IMG/VR virus record: IMGVR_UViG_3300046786_000269
Location: 1 to 35,631 of that record
DNA: 35,631 nt
Source: a virus
Lineage: Duplodnaviria; Caudoviricetes
Direction: 5' to 3' (one strand)
In this document: piece after piece, positions 34,133 to 35,631 of the stretch
How positions within the stretch are numbered: position 1 is the first letter of the stretch
How the letters are laid out: every line of letters starts with the position of its first letter
Program-made: the position numbers and the translations under genes
Notes under the pieces: generated by a model
What the model was told of the DNA's origin: nothing
What the model saw: only the letters and a program-made list of their open reading frames with translations
Database searches by the model: none

Positions 34133-34580
34133 CGTTAATATATCTCTGAATAAACTCTTCCTTCGTCATCGGTTTAGCACTAACCACGTTCCGTACTTCA
34201 CCCGTATGCTCAATAACCTGAGTCTCATTCCATCCTAACTTAGTCTTTAACAGGTGTATCAATACAGGCGTGTTTCCTCCCATCGCTTGCTCTACAGCTA
34301 CAGTCGCCAACCCACGCTGCATCTCCGTCTGACCCTGTAAGTAGTCCTCTAGGTAATACTTTCTAAAGACCGTTTCACCAATCCGAGCAGCTATCGCCAC
34401 ATTACCCTTCGACAACCCTAACCGCCCAAGGTCACGAATCTGACTCGCTAACCGCTCATCCCTCACATGATGCCTCGTCATCGCCTTTTCCGTCAGCACA
34501 GGCGGCAACACCTCTACCTCAGAATTTTTATTTTCCTCGACCTCTGGAGAAGCACCCCCCTCTTTAATTTCATCTGCCAT
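34113..34580 (-). CDS. terS: Terminase small subunit (start reassigned to 34580)
   Basis: HTH GLSKGNVAIAARIG, AMGGNTPVLIHLLKTKLGW, IEHTG. Confidence 0.75.
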   Translation of the reverse strand: MADEIKEGGASPEVEENKNSEVEVLPPVLTEKAMTRHHVRDERLASQIRDLGRLGLSKGNVAIAARIGETVFRKYYLEDYLQGQTEMQRGLATVAVEQAMGGNTPVLIHLLKTKLGWNETQVIEHTGEVRNVVSAKPMTKEEFIQRYINDGKDED

Positions 34581-34792
34581 ACAAAAACTTAGCTCCATAA
34601 ACGAACAATGGTTGAGAACAGTTAGGTCGGATTTTTATGTGGGAGGTTGGATATAGCGGTACCGGTACCCGACGAGTTTTCAAATTTGTTTTGATTTTGA
34701 AAATCTCTAATAGGGAAACCACGTTTATGTACCTGAAAACACTACAGATTTATACATACCTAACTAGTTTTCTAATTCTAGTGAAGTAGTAA

Positions 34793-35059
34793 CTATGCGA
34801 CATCCTTCAAGAATTTCATAAATGATTCAGCATCGAGCCCTGATACCTCTTGGAGTGCGGCTATCTCTGCGCAATGATACATCCTCTTTACCCTCTCACG
34901 GTACTGCCACGCTCTAACACTGACACCGAATAGAGACGCCATGCGGGCCTGAGAGAGTCCGAGATACTTACGCACCTCATAGTATAGGTTACCCTTTGGA
35001 TATGGCTGGAGATGCCTGTAAGAGCCTATAAACCATCTCTGCGCGGTATTCTGTGCCAT
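34793..35059 (-). CDS. XRE/Cro-like HTH transcription regulator
   Basis: VRKYLGLSQARMASLFGVSVRAWQYRE. Confidence 0.8.
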   Translation of the reverse strand: MAQNTAQRWFIGSYRHLQPYPKGNLYYEVRKYLGLSQARMASLFGVSVRAWQYRERVKRMYHCAEIAALQEVSGLDAESFMKFLKDVA

Positions 35060-35135
35060 AACCCACTACTCATACCCTGGGTACGCTAGTAGGGTACAGG
35101 TAGAGCCAATGGTGAACAATACCCTGCTTTTGTCG

Positions 35136-35631
35136 CCTGTGCGTAAGGTGCACAAAGAAAGAAAAGAAAATCTTTTGTATTGTCGCTGTGCGTGTGTCGC
35201 TTGCGATGTAGCACTAGGTGGGAATGAATACCGCTAAGCGACCTAGTGTTACCCTTCCTCGCTTGTGCGGTATTAGCTTTCGCTAAGGGACGGGGGTTAC
35301 ATAGAATTTATTCAAAAGAATTTTCACTTTTTTCTAAAATCACGCGAAAATGGTCCTAAGTGTGTGAAAATACAAAGAATAAAAGATTAAAGTTTTTTTA
35401 TCACAGTGTCGAATCTTATTACTTGCAGAGAGTATCATACATAGTGTAGGATTGAGCCATGGGGTTGAGTTGACCCCACCAACTAAGGAGATGTAGTTAC
35501 GGATTATGACGTGCCAGAAACCACCATTGATCGTGCAATGCAATTGGATGAACTTGAAGACATATAAACCAAGGGTGACAACATGAATTACAAAAGATTT
35601 AGACAACAAAACACGGTGTCCGGTACGTTCA
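35136..35631 (+). repeat. Second, diverged copy of region 1-655 (exact for 127 bp, then a variant allele lacking the 364-597 gene)
   Basis: Direct alignment by eye of both ends. Confidence 0.9.
35583..35631 (+). CDS. 5' part of a variant allele of the 607-729 membrane protein (truncated by window end)
   Basis: MNYKRFRQQNTVSGTF vs MNHKRFRQQNTVSGTF. Confidence 0.8.
   Translation, partial: MNYKRFRQQNTVSGTF

Noticed and set aside
7496-35059. Stop-codon reassignment or introns/inteins in late genes
   Set aside because: The standard code gives full-length, tightly packed TerL, portal and MCP, and TAA, TAG and TGA all serve as stops

Overview
The window looks like an essentially complete ~35.1 kb circularly permuted dsDNA phage genome with podovirus (P22-like short-tail) architecture. 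Positions 1-127 recur exactly at 35136-35262. After that the contig continues into a diverged second allele of the early region, probably an assembly-graph bubble or strain variant. The plus-strand early/middle region (364-7499) holds small hypothetical genes sharing one repeated translation-initiation motif, an envelope-targeted cassette with a lytic transglycosylase, a Bet/RecT recombinase, an RHH protein, tRNA-Asn(GTT), an SSB-tail protein and a Holliday-junction resolvase. The minus-strand late region (35059-7496) holds an HTH regulator, TerS, accessory genes, TerL, portal, a Cys-rich fibre-like protein next to a thioredoxin, scaffold, major capsid, decoration proteins, adaptor, nozzle, ejection proteins, an S74 tail fibre and a lysis cassette. 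I recognise no polymerase, primase, helicase, replication initiator or integrase. Most notable: (1) a Cys-rich virion-region protein whose cysteines parse into nested four-Cys modules, encoded next to a CPYC thioredoxin-fold protein; (2) a tandem pair of minus-strand small-RNA-like units after the tRNA, one carrying the complement of the RBS motif shared by the early genes; (3) an apparent gene swap bounded by that same motif; (4) competing hairpins over the capsid-gene RBS. All product calls come from motif recognition by eye; no database searches were run.
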